Of a DNA stretch of 64,000 bases, positions 30,019 to 39,084 are shown piece after piece. Source of the stretch: an uncultured bacterium (GTDB lineage Bacteria; CSSED10-310; CAZUFC01); assembly GCA_964619725.1 (NCBI GenBank), contig CAZUFC010000001.1, positions 96,001-160,000 of the forward strand, read 5' to 3'. Each line of letters opens with the position of its first letter. Position 1 is the first letter of the stretch. The notes below the pieces were generated by a model. That model had not been told where the DNA came from, did no database searches, and worked only from the letters and a program-made list of their open reading frames with translations. The translations under genes and the position numbers were made by a program.

Positions 30019-32517
30019 ATGAGGGAAGATAAAAGAGGACGGACGCTGCAGATTATTTCAATATATTTGATCGTATGGGGATTATGGACATACGTTTCGC
30101 CCGGCGCTGCGGCATACATTGACGGAACATTGGTCGATGAGAGCTGGAATGAATTTTCTACGGGATTCTGCAATCGACGTCTCATTCACAAGAGTTCGGT
30201 AGGCGATATTGATGTATTAATGGTTTATTCAGCGAACCAGAATAATTCGCCGCCGTATAATGCAAAGGTGATACGGACGACGGATTCCGGCGACAACTGG
30301 GAATTGTTGCCGGACCCCGGCATAGTTTTGCAGGGGAACAACAAGGGAATATGCATGGCAGGCGATTCCGAAGATAAAATCCATGTAGTATGGCATGCCT
30401 GGGAGACAGGCGATTCCGGACATTTCTATCATAAGGAATATTCCGCCGGCGCCTGGACATTGGCGACGCGTTTGTCTGAGAATGCGGAAAAAGGCGGACG
30501 AACGATAGTGACGGCGACAGACAGTCAGGACGATTTGCATGTAGCCTGGCAAAACGAATCATTCGGCAAAACATATTACAGAAGGCGCACAGGCGGATCA
30601 TGGCAGCCCATTGTGATTTTAGGCGCGTTGGGACCTCAGACAGCGATAGCCGTCGACTACAACGATGATATTCACATAGTCGGCGGATACAGCACGAACA
30701 ACACATTGCGGTACAGGAAATGCACAGGAGGTTTGTGGGGAGATATAGAAACCATAGATGAGGAAGGAGCCCCGCGCCACGCTTCTCTGGCCGTCGATTC
30801 GAATAATGAGCCTCATATAGCCTGGACCGGCGACGGTTATGAACTGACGTGGAAGATTTTTTACAGCGTAAGGCGAGAGGGAGAGTGGACGGGGCGGCAA
30901 CTTCTTTCACATCCGGCGGTGGATTGTCAGGAATCTTCCATAGGCATCGACGGAAATGATGACGTTTATGTAATATACAACCGAATCCCCGATTCAAAAT
31001 CAGAGAATACGGAATTATGCCTGAAGAAGAAAATCGGCGATGAATGGACTCATCAGGTCAGACTGACGGACAGCGAATACGGTTCTTTCGGCGCCCAGGT
31101 GCGGTGGTCGGCTTTTCCGGAGTCCAACAGGATTTCGGATGCGGAGGACCTCGATTTTGTGTGGACGCAGCGGACAGCGACCGGGCCTGTTAATCCCTTT
31201 CCGGTTATGTTTTATCACGGCGATTTAGTCATACCGACGATCACGCCCACGGTAGAACAATCGCCCACTGCAGCCCCGACGACGACTCCTGCGGCTTCAC
31301 CTTCTCCGCAAACCCCAACGGAAACACCGCCTTCATCCACACCCACTCCTGATCCTTCCCCCACTCAGATCAATCAGGGGCCGTTCATCATGGCCGCCGG
31401 CTATATGGGGACCTATCTGGACGGCTCAGGCGGCGGAACTTTGACTGTGACCGCGTATATCAAAGACCCGGAAAACGATGCCGTGGAGAGATGCGCGGTT
31501 TATTACGGCGGCCAACCCGCCGGCCTGGAGGAAGAATTCGCCCACAACGAAGGAGAAATAATATGGAATTACGGTCCTGTGGAACTGAGCGGCGGATTGA
31601 ATCCGGGTGAATTTTTACTTGAGCTCATAGCCTGGGATGAAAAGGGCGAAATGAGCGGCGTGTGGCCTTATTTCAATTCAGGACTGCCGGAAATTCATAC
31701 TTCTGTTCCCCCCTGGTATGCCGGCGAGTTCTCCGGTCCTAAATCGGGAAACCAGCCTGTCGTCAACCTGGCAGGATACTGGGACAGTTCATGCGATGAA
31801 AACGGCGGAGAATTGACGCTGATCGCCCTGGCATCCGATCCGCAAGGACTTGACGATATTGAAAGGGTCAAACTCTTTTATGAAGGAAATGAACTGGACG
31901 TTGAACTTCTTGATGACGGTCAGAGCGGTGATCTGGCTGCCGGTGACGGAGTTTACGGCTTTCAGGCTTCGATTCCGCCCGATGCCTTGCCGGACGGACA
32001 TTATCTGTTGGAAATCGCCGCTTTCGATCGTAACGGAGAATCCAGCGACTTATGGCCGTATATCGTTATTCACCGCCCTCAAACACCCCCTCCAGATCAG
32101 ACGCCGACAAATACCCCGCCCGTTCAGATCACCTCTACTCCCACGCCCGACGCCACCGGTCTGCCGAGCCTCAGCGATTGCATTGCCGCCGCTCCGCTGT
32201 CTCACGATTTCGGATTGATCTGGGTCGGAGAAGCTGGTCCCGTCGAAACCATTACGACCATATCAAATAACTGCGGTTACGCCGTTCGATTAAGCATATC
32301 AGTTGACGGGGAACCTCATTTCGAGCTGGTCGATCCTGCGGAATGCCTTGATGAGTGCCTACTGGAACCGGGCGCTGACCCCATGACGGTCCGCATGCGT
32401 TTTACTCCGCAGGAATGCGGTGCAATTTCCGGAACGCTCTATCTGAACTTTAAGGCTCAAGGGCAGGACAATTACGTTATTACCCTTCAATTGACGGGTA
32501 TCGGTCGCTGTGTATAA
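30019..32517 (+). CDS. Exported beta-propeller (BNR-like) protein with PT linkers, two tandem ~100-aa beta-rich domains and a C-terminal Ig-like domain
   Basis: Repeats of DS.D.IHVVW/LHVAW/PHIAW. Duplicated P...AGY...GG.LT..A...DP...LLE..A.D..GE.S..WPY. Final DFG...ISNN...F.P..CG..SGTL (ASH/choice-of-anchor-D-like). Start inferred from the signal peptide. Confidence 0.7.
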   Translation: MREDKRGRTLQIISIYLIVWGLWTYVSPGAAAYIDGTLVDESWNEFSTGFCNRRLIHKSSVGDIDVLMVYSANQNNSPPYNAKVIRTTDSGDNWELLPDPGIVLQGNNKGICMAGDSEDKIHVVWHAWETGDSGHFYHKEYSAGAWTLATRLSENAEKGGRTIVTATDSQDDLHVAWQNESFGKTYYRRRTGGSWQPIVILGALGPQTAIAVDYNDDIHIVGGYSTNNTLRYRKCTGGLWGDIETIDEEGAPRHASLAVDSNNEPHIAWTGDGYELTWKIFYSVRREGEWTGRQLLSHPAVDCQESSIGIDGNDDVYVIYNRIPDSKSENTELCLKKKIGDEWTHQVRLTDSEYGSFGAQVRWSAFPESNRISDAEDLDFVWTQRTATGPVNPFPVMFYHGDLVIPTITPTVEQSPTAAPTTTPAASPSPQTPTETPPSSTPTPDPSPTQINQGPFIMAAGYMGTYLDGSGGGTLTVTAYIKDPENDAVERCAVYYGGQPAGLEEEFAHNEGEIIWNYGPVELSGGLNPGEFLLELIAWDEKGEMSGVWPYFNSGLPEIHTSVPPWYAGEFSGPKSGNQPVVNLAGYWDSSCDENGGELTLIALASDPQGLDDIERVKLFYEGNELDVELLDDGQSGDLAAGDGVYGFQASIPPDALPDGHYLLEIAAFDRNGESSDLWPYIVIHRPQTPPPDQTPTNTPPVQITSTPTPDATGLPSLSDCIAAAPLSHDFGLIWVGEAGPVETITTISNNCGYAVRLSISVDGEPHFELVDPAECLDECLLEPGADPMTVRMRFTPQECGAISGTLYLNFKAQGQDNYVITLQLTGIGRCV

Positions 32518-32725
32518 ATACCTTTCGCTTTTTTCAAAAGTAAAAAATTCTTTTCTTGACTCACTGATTCGTTTATGATTATTTTGACCTCCCGTTCAGC
32601 GTTTGATTGAACGGGATGCAGGGACATACCAGTTTTGTTTATGCAGATAAGGCAAAATTAATTTTCAGCCGGCAATTAAATTTCAGAGTTTATAAAAATG
32701 AGGCTTATCAGAAAGGAACAGTAAA

Positions 32726-34102
32726 ATGAGTTTATTGGCAGACGTCAACAGAGATTATGGGATAATATTGGAACAGACGGACCCGGTTTCCCAGATGAAG
32801 AAGTTTGAATCGCAGATGGCGGAAAAGAAGATGTTCATGGAAGGAAAGCTGTTTCCTTCTTTTTTGAAACCTTATTTTGTTGAAAAAAAGGACAGACCTT
32901 TATTTGATCGCGTGACTAAAGGACTGATTTCTTCATTGAACAAAATCGGTGATGCTTATTTCGATGAAGGACGGTTCAAGGAACAGATAAGATTATCCGG
33001 CAGAACTTTGGACCTGGCTTCGCTCAATTTCGGATATCCCGGCCATCAGATCATCAATAGACTGGACGTATTTTATATTCCGGAAACGCAGGAACTGAAA
33101 TTGCTCGAATACAACTGCGGCGATCCCAGCGGCATGGGATGGCACGATCAGATGCTGGACATGTTCCTGGGCATGCCGGCGATAGCGAAACTGGGCGAGA
33201 TGTATGATTTTGAAACCGATCATCTGGTAAAGTCTCATTTCCGGATATTCTTCAGAAAATACCGGCAATGGTGCAACAATAAAGGGATCAAACCCCAGGA
33301 AAAACCCAATATAGCTTTCGTTTGCAAACGCGATTCCACGGTCCTGGGTGATTTCCTGGCTTTCGTCGATTTTTACAACGAGATGGGCTATAACACGCAA
33401 TTCGGCGATCCCAGAGATTTTCAATACGACGGAAAGAAACTCTCATTAAAAGGCCATGCCATACAATTAATTTACAGGGATGCAATCGACGACATCATAC
33501 TCGATCCCTACTGGGACGACAGCCAACAACTCGTCCAGGCCCTGCGCGACAACGCGGTATGTTTCATTAACCCCGTCAGCGCGGCAACCGGCGATTTCAA
33601 AGCAGTCCTGGAGATTCTGACCGATCCTCAGTATGACGAAATGTTTACCGATGAAGAAATTGAAATTCATCGCAATAACATTCCCTGGACCAGAACCCTC
33701 GCTGACGTAAAAACGAAATACGACGAAAAGGAAATAGACCTGGTTTCTTTCGTTCGGGATAACAAGGACAACCTGGTACTGAAGCCGAGCGACGGATACG
33801 GCGGTTTCGGCGTGCTGGTCGGTAAAACTGCAGGGAATGAGGAATGGAACGATCTGATAGACAAATCGCTGACTGAGGACATAATCTATACGGTGCAGGA
33901 ATTCGCCAATATTCCGCAAGAGGACTTTCCCGTTATAGAAGATGGCGAATTTAAAGGCTTTTCGCCTAAAAACGTCAACATCAATTTCTGGTCTCATGAC
34001 GGCGAATTCGCCGGGGCTTTCGTCAGGGCAGCCGAAGGCAGCGTTATTAACGTACACCAAGGCGGAGGAATGGTTCCGGTTTTCTTCGTTTCCAAAAAAT
34101 AA
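32726..34102 (+). CDS. Circularly permuted ATP-grasp (glutathionylspermidine synthase-like) peptide ligase
   Basis: NRLDVF, LEYNCGDPSG, LVLKPSDGYGGFGV, VQEF, INVHQGGG. Confidence 0.8.
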   Translation: MSLLADVNRDYGIILEQTDPVSQMKKFESQMAEKKMFMEGKLFPSFLKPYFVEKKDRPLFDRVTKGLISSLNKIGDAYFDEGRFKEQIRLSGRTLDLASLNFGYPGHQIINRLDVFYIPETQELKLLEYNCGDPSGMGWHDQMLDMFLGMPAIAKLGEMYDFETDHLVKSHFRIFFRKYRQWCNNKGIKPQEKPNIAFVCKRDSTVLGDFLAFVDFYNEMGYNTQFGDPRDFQYDGKKLSLKGHAIQLIYRDAIDDIILDPYWDDSQQLVQALRDNAVCFINPVSAATGDFKAVLEILTDPQYDEMFTDEEIEIHRNNIPWTRTLADVKTKYDEKEIDLVSFVRDNKDNLVLKPSDGYGGFGVLVGKTAGNEEWNDLIDKSLTEDIIYTVQEFANIPQEDFPVIEDGEFKGFSPKNVNINFWSHDGEFAGAFVRAAEGSVINVHQGGGMVPVFFVSKK

Positions 34103-34107
34103 CCGGT

Positions 34108-34248
34108 TTAAACCGCAGTTACACTTCTTTCAAAACTTTTGACAGCCTGTTTCAGTCATCAGGGTCAGGATCGATATCGAAACAAAATGATGGGAAATTC
34201 CCTCGAATTGTAACCTCAACCTCAAAAGACCCTTTTTTGATCAATTCC
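34108..34248 (+). repeat. TGATCAAA MITE-like repeat, copy C (degenerate left end)
   Basis: AAACCGCAGTTACACTTCTTTCAAAACTTTTGAC...ATCGAAACAAAATGAT...TTGTAACCTCAA...TTTTTTGATCAAT matches copies A and B. Confidence 0.75.
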
Positions 34249-34272
34249 GATTTTATGGACAGGCGCTGCGCT

Positions 34273-34545
34273 CTATTTCTTTTCCTGGCACGGGCGCACT
34301 TCGCAGGGTTCTTCTTTTCCGCAGCAGGGCGAATTACGGGTGCAGGAGTTGTCGAACGTGTGATTGCTGTGATGATCCACCGAATAAAAACCCGATCCTT
34401 TGAAAATAATGCCGCTGCCTGTCCCGATCAGACGTTTGACGTGTTCTCCGCATTGAGGGCACGTCTCCAGCGGTTTTTCCGTAATATATTGCCATTTTTC
34501 GAATTGATGTCCGCAGCTTTCGCATTTGTACTCATAAGTAGGCAT
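34273..34545 (-). CDS. FmdB family zinc-ribbon protein with Cys/His-rich tail
   Basis: [12 protein letters not shown]...CPQCG...IIFKGSGFY. Confidence 0.9.
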   Translation of the reverse strand: MPTYEYKCESCGHQFEKWQYITEKPLETCPQCGEHVKRLIGTGSGIIFKGSGFYSVDHHSNHTFDNSCTRNSPCCGKEEPCEVRPCQEKK

Positions 34546-34650
34546 AACGATTCACCTCCAAAAAGCCGAAAGGATTATACTCCTTGTTTGAAAAATTACA
34601 AGTTTAAGTTTTTCGGCGCTGAAGGGCAGCGTCTGCAGGCATAAAACCAC

Positions 34651-34703
34651 CTGTGATTTTTTTCACGACTCACTTGACTTAACTGAATTTTATATGTTAG
34701 TTT
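34651..34703 (+). promoter_or_regulatory. Rex/CRP-FNR-like operator next to a putative rnf promoter
   Basis: CTGTGATTTTTTTCACGA (34651-34668) vs Rex consensus TTGTGAANNNNTTCACAA and CRP TGTGA-N6-TCACA. TTGACT at 34674-34679 and TGtTAGTTT at 34695-34703. Confidence 0.55.
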
Positions 34704-34787
34704 CCGTTTGATTTACGCTGATTAGGGGATGCAGAGAGATTTGAAATTGAGTTACACAGGCAGAAGAAAATGAAATAGGAGGTGAGA

Positions 34788-36140
34788 ATGATACGAGTCA
34801 AAATTCATGGAGGGAAAGGTTATACGCTGAGTGAGCCGGCGCCGGAAGAAGCGATTCAGAAAATGCCTTTGCCTTCCGAAGTGCAAATTCCCATCTCTTT
34901 TGGAGCATCCGAAGAACATCAGCCTCTGGTACTGGCCGTCGGGGATCAGGTTAAGACAGGAAGCATATTGTATCACCATAAGGAAGAATTGTGTGCTCCG
35001 GTCCTTTCTTCCGTTACGGGCGAGATTACGAGAATAGAGGATTTTCGATATCCTGAGTATGGTCGTATGTTGTCGTTAACCATAAGCAGAGCTGGTGAAG
35101 AGGAGTATGACGAAAGGTTGTCGAGTTTGAGCGATTATAAGAATGCGGAACCTGAAAAAATCGTGCGTCATATGATGGATATGGGAATTGAGTTGGGAGC
35201 TTGTATGGACAGAGCGCCGTCATCGGTCGTAAGGCCGGAGGAGGAAGCTGAAAAAGGTGCGGACGCACTTGATGTACCCTCCTTGACATCTTTAATCGTT
35301 AATGGTTGCGATCTGCAGGCCAACCGCAATATCAGGAAGCGGCTGTTGCTGGAACGGAAGGATTTATCAGAGGGAATAGAGGTTTTAAAGCGAATTTTCG
35401 GAAGCGAAGACGTTATTTTGACGTTACCGGCGGGAGCGAACGACGTCAAAGAAGCGGTACGGACGAACGGACTCCCCGATGAAGTAAAAATTATTGAGAT
35501 TAAAAACGTTTATCCTTATGCTCATCCCAAACTGCTCATAAAGGCGGCATTGGGAAAGGAAGCGGACGATTACGGTCTTTCAGTCGGCGCCGGCGTGATC
35601 GACGTAGAGACGGCGCTTGCGACGCTGGAAGCGGTAAGGGACGGCAAACCGGCTGTTGAGCAGTATATAACGGTTTCCGGTGACGGCGTAGGCAAACCTG
35701 CGAACCTGGCCGTGCGCCGCGGTACGAGGTTAAAAGAAATTCTTGAGTTTTGCGAGTATGCCGACGGCAGGAAAAGTAAAATAGTATTCGGCGGACCCAT
35801 GAAAGGCGTTTCTCAGTACAACATTGAGACTCCTGTGACTGAAGGAACACAGGCCATATGGATACAGGATGAGAAGAAGGTTTTTCATTCTTCGTATGAG
35901 CCGTGTTTTTCGTGCGGGGAATGCGTTTACGTATGTCCAATGCGGCTTATGCCGAATATGCTGGGGCGTTTTTGCGAATTCGATCAATTCGAATGGGCGG
36001 AAAGCGCGTATGATCTGACGGCGTGCATTGAATGCGGGTGTTGCGCTCACGTCTGTCCTGCCAGGCGACCGATGGTACATTTTTTCAAACTTGGTAAACG
36101 TGAATTGGCCCGATTAGCGGAAAAGAGTATGTCATTATGA
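34788..36140 (+). CDS. rnfC: Rnf complex subunit C-like (degenerate FMN/NADH site)
   Basis: VGDQVKTG..SSVTG, SLBB VSGDGV..PANL..GT, GGPMKG, CFSCGECVYVCP and CIECGCCAHVCP; first gene of an rnfCDGEAB cluster. Confidence 0.85.
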   Translation: MIRVKIHGGKGYTLSEPAPEEAIQKMPLPSEVQIPISFGASEEHQPLVLAVGDQVKTGSILYHHKEELCAPVLSSVTGEITRIEDFRYPEYGRMLSLTISRAGEEEYDERLSSLSDYKNAEPEKIVRHMMDMGIELGACMDRAPSSVVRPEEEAEKGADALDVPSLTSLIVNGCDLQANRNIRKRLLLERKDLSEGIEVLKRIFGSEDVILTLPAGANDVKEAVRTNGLPDEVKIIEIKNVYPYAHPKLLIKAALGKEADDYGLSVGAGVIDVETALATLEAVRDGKPAVEQYITVSGDGVGKPANLAVRRGTRLKEILEFCEYADGRKSKIVFGGPMKGVSQYNIETPVTEGTQAIWIQDEKKVFHSSYEPCFSCGECVYVCPMRLMPNMLGRFCEFDQFEWAESAYDLTACIECGCCAHVCPARRPMVHFFKLGKRELARLAEKSMSL

Positions 36141-37132
36141 ATACAGCAAACGAAACAAAAAGCGCACAAGGCGCCTTGACGCAAGGCGAACCCCGGAGGG
36201 TCGTTTCATTCGGACCCCACGTATGGGTAAAAAAACACGTCGACAGGATGTTGCTTTTTACGCTTCTGGCATTGATCCCGACGTTGTTTTTTTCATTCTA
36301 TTATTACAGGCTGGGAGCATTAAAAGTCATTCTGATTGCAGTAGTAACGGCCGTCGTTTTGGAAACGGCAGTGCAAAAGCTGATGCGCCGCCCCGTTAAG
36401 CTCAAGAATGGGCAATTGATCACCACCGCGCTGATATTCGCTTTTTTGCTGCCGGCTACGACTCCGTGGTGGGTTGTTCTGATCGGCTCTGCGGTTATGG
36501 TGATAGCAGGCCGGATGTTGTTCGGCGGATTTCCTTATTATGTCTTCAATCCTGCATTAGCGGGATGGGCTATGGTAAGGCTTTCCTGGGGAGATTATTT
36601 GAAGGAATTTCCTGCTCCGTTTTCTCTGGACATTTCAGAGACGCCGATGCAGATATTAGGAGAATACGGCGTAGACGGGCTGATGGGATTCGACGTAACC
36701 AATATGGCTTTGTTAAAGGGAGCGTTTCCCGCTGCACTGGGTACTATCGCCATTCCGGCGATCATCGCAGGGGGGATTTTCCTGATCGTTACGCGCACGA
36801 TCAAGTGGAAAATAACGGCATCTTTTTTGGCGTCCGTATTTATTTTCGCCTGGATACTGAAAGCGGCGAATCCTGACGTTCAACCCGGTCCCGTGTTTCA
36901 CCTGTTGACCGGAAGCGTAATGCTGGCGGCGTTTTTCATCGTAACGGACCCCTGCTCGACTCCCGTAACGCTGTGGGGGCAAATTTTATTTGGTATTCTA
37001 TGCGGAGCGATAACTATGGTGATAAGGAACTGGGGAGCGTATGCGGACGGAACGATATTCGCCGTATTGATAGTCAATATGACGACTCCGCTTTTAGACA
37101 GAATTAAACGAAAAACGTTTGGAAGGAGGTAA
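36137..37132 (+). CDS. rnfD: Rnf complex subunit D
   Basis: Multi-TM, FGG...FNPALAG, SETP (FMN-Thr region), AFFIVTDP, DG..FAVLIVN..TPLLD. Confidence 0.92.
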   Translation: MNTANETKSAQGALTQGEPRRVVSFGPHVWVKKHVDRMLLFTLLALIPTLFFSFYYYRLGALKVILIAVVTAVVLETAVQKLMRRPVKLKNGQLITTALIFAFLLPATTPWWVVLIGSAVMVIAGRMLFGGFPYYVFNPALAGWAMVRLSWGDYLKEFPAPFSLDISETPMQILGEYGVDGLMGFDVTNMALLKGAFPAALGTIAIPAIIAGGIFLIVTRTIKWKITASFLASVFIFAWILKAANPDVQPGPVFHLLTGSVMLAAFFIVTDPCSTPVTLWGQILFGILCGAITMVIRNWGAYADGTIFAVLIVNMTTPLLDRIKRKTFGRR

Positions 37133-37137
37133 CTGCG

Positions 37138-37731
37138 GTGCCTGATACAGTACGAATGGTTCTTGTGTTGACTTTGATTTGCGCTGCATCTGCATTGGCC
37201 TTAAGCGCTGTAAAGCAGGTTACGGAAGATAAAATCGCTTATCAGGAATTGAAGTTCGTCAAGGGACCGGCTGTCCGCGCTGTTCTGGAAGGCGCTGATA
37301 ATGATCCTATCCAGGACCGCGCCGATAACCTCACATTGACGAGCGCCTCCGGAGAAACAGTTAATAAAACCGTATTTCCTGCGAAAAAAAACGGAAAGGT
37401 CTCGATGGTGGCATTTGAGGTATCAAAGAGCGGTTATCATGGAGACGTTACCATTATGTTGGGTATAGATGTGGAAACGGATAAATTAAGCGGCGTTCGC
37501 GTGACCGGACATACGGAAACTCCTGGATTGGGAGCCCGAATAACGGAGCCGGATTTTTATGAGCAGTTTGCGGGATTGAGCAAGGCCGAGGCGTCGTTGT
37601 CTTCGGAAGGCGGCGATGTGGATGCGGTAACAGGGGCGACTATTTCCTCGGTCGCGGTAACCGGAGGAGTGAAGTATGGTCTTGAGCTTTACCTGGAAAA
37701 CAAGGAAACTATTTTAAATAAAACATCGTAA
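37138..37731 (+). CDS. rnfG: Rnf complex subunit G
   Basis: N-terminal TM, GYHG, HTETPGLG, DAVTGATIS FMN-attachment motif. Confidence 0.93.
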   Translation: MPDTVRMVLVLTLICAASALALSAVKQVTEDKIAYQELKFVKGPAVRAVLEGADNDPIQDRADNLTLTSASGETVNKTVFPAKKNGKVSMVAFEVSKSGYHGDVTIMLGIDVETDKLSGVRVTGHTETPGLGARITEPDFYEQFAGLSKAEASLSSEGGDVDAVTGATISSVAVTGGVKYGLELYLENKETILNKTS

Positions 37732-37741
37732 GGAGCTGCCG

Positions 37742-38335
37742 ATGGCATCAACGCTGACGAAGGATTTTACAAAAGGATTATGGAAAGAGGTGCCGCCTTT
37801 TCGGCTGGTGTTGGGTCTGTGTCCTGTTCTGGCTGTGACGACTGCGGCGTTTAACGGCCTGGGCATGGGTCTGGCGACCACTTTCGTGCTGACCTGTTCA
37901 AACACTATCATTTCTATTTTAAGAAAGCTTATTCCCCGAAAGGTCAGGATCGCTTCTTACATCGTTGTGATCGCCACCTTCGTGGTCATCACCGAACTGG
38001 TCATGCACGCTTATACCTATAAACTGTATGAAGCCCTGGGAATATTCATCCCGCTTATCGTGGTCAATTGCATTATCCTGGGCAGGGCCGAAGCCTTCGC
38101 AAGCAAAAAACCGGTCATCAATTCCATTGCCGACGGACTCGGAATAGGACTCGGTTTCACGGCTTCGCTTACTCTCCTGGGCGCCATTAGAGAAATAACA
38201 GGAAACGGAACCCTGTTCGGCGCTTCCCTCTTCGGACCGGACTTTGAACCTTTCACCTTCATGGTCCAGGCCCCGGGCGCCTTCGTCTGCCTGGGAGCAG
38301 TCCTCGGACTCATGAACATGATAAGCAAAGATTAA
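37742..38335 (+). CDS. rnfE: Rnf complex subunit E
   Basis: LGLCPVLAVT, FIPLIVVNCIILGRAEAFA. Confidence 0.95.
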   Translation: MASTLTKDFTKGLWKEVPPFRLVLGLCPVLAVTTAAFNGLGMGLATTFVLTCSNTIISILRKLIPRKVRIASYIVVIATFVVITELVMHAYTYKLYEALGIFIPLIVVNCIILGRAEAFASKKPVINSIADGLGIGLGFTASLTLLGAIREITGNGTLFGASLFGPDFEPFTFMVQAPGAFVCLGAVLGLMNMISKD

Positions 38336-38385
38336 ATCTGCGAAAGCATTAGTCTTATGAACCATACCAAGGGAGAATAAAATAA

Positions 38386-38979
38386 ATGGAACACTCCTCC
38401 TCACTTCAGGATTATATGATATTACTGTTGAGCGCCATGTTGATTAAAAACGTCCTGCTGGCCAAGTTTCTGGGGCATTGTCCTTTTCTGGGGGTTTCCC
38501 GGAGAATGGAAACGGCTGTGGGAATGAGCATGGCCGTCGTTTTCGTTATGACGATGGCAGGCATGATAACCTGGGTTGTCCGGCGTTTTTTACTGGAACC
38601 TTTCGACCTGACATACATGCAGACCATCGCTTTCATTCTCGTTATCGCTTCACTCGTGCAATTCGTGGAATTGTTTCTTCAAAAAACAATCCCGGCGCTT
38701 TATAAAGCCCTCGGCATCTTTCTGCCGTTGATTACCACAAACTGTGCTGTGCTCGGCGTGGCTCTCCTCAACATTAACGAAAATCACGACTTTATTAAAA
38801 CCGTCGTTTTTTCAATCGCCTCCGCCATTGGATATGGCTTGGCTCTGATACTGTTTGCGGGATTACGGGAAAAATTTGAGGTCAGCGATATACCGAAGCC
38901 TTTCAGGGGGACGGCCATCGGCCTGATTACCGCCGGAATGATGTCTATGGCTTTTATGGGATTCGCCGGACTTGTGTGA
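38386..38979 (+). CDS. rnfA: Rnf complex subunit A
   Basis: FLGHCPFLGVS, FLPLITTNCAVLG, AFMGFAGL. Confidence 0.95.
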   Translation: MEHSSSLQDYMILLLSAMLIKNVLLAKFLGHCPFLGVSRRMETAVGMSMAVVFVMTMAGMITWVVRRFLLEPFDLTYMQTIAFILVIASLVQFVELFLQKTIPALYKALGIFLPLITTNCAVLGVALLNINENHDFIKTVVFSIASAIGYGLALILFAGLREKFEVSDIPKPFRGTAIGLITAGMMSMAFMGFAGLV

Positions 38980-39084
38980 TGTGATATAATCAATTTTGAC
39001 GGGCAGAAGAAATCGTTCATTCTGCTCTGACTAGAGATAAAAAATGAGAAAAAAAGAGAATCGTTCACAAGGAGGGACCTTTTA

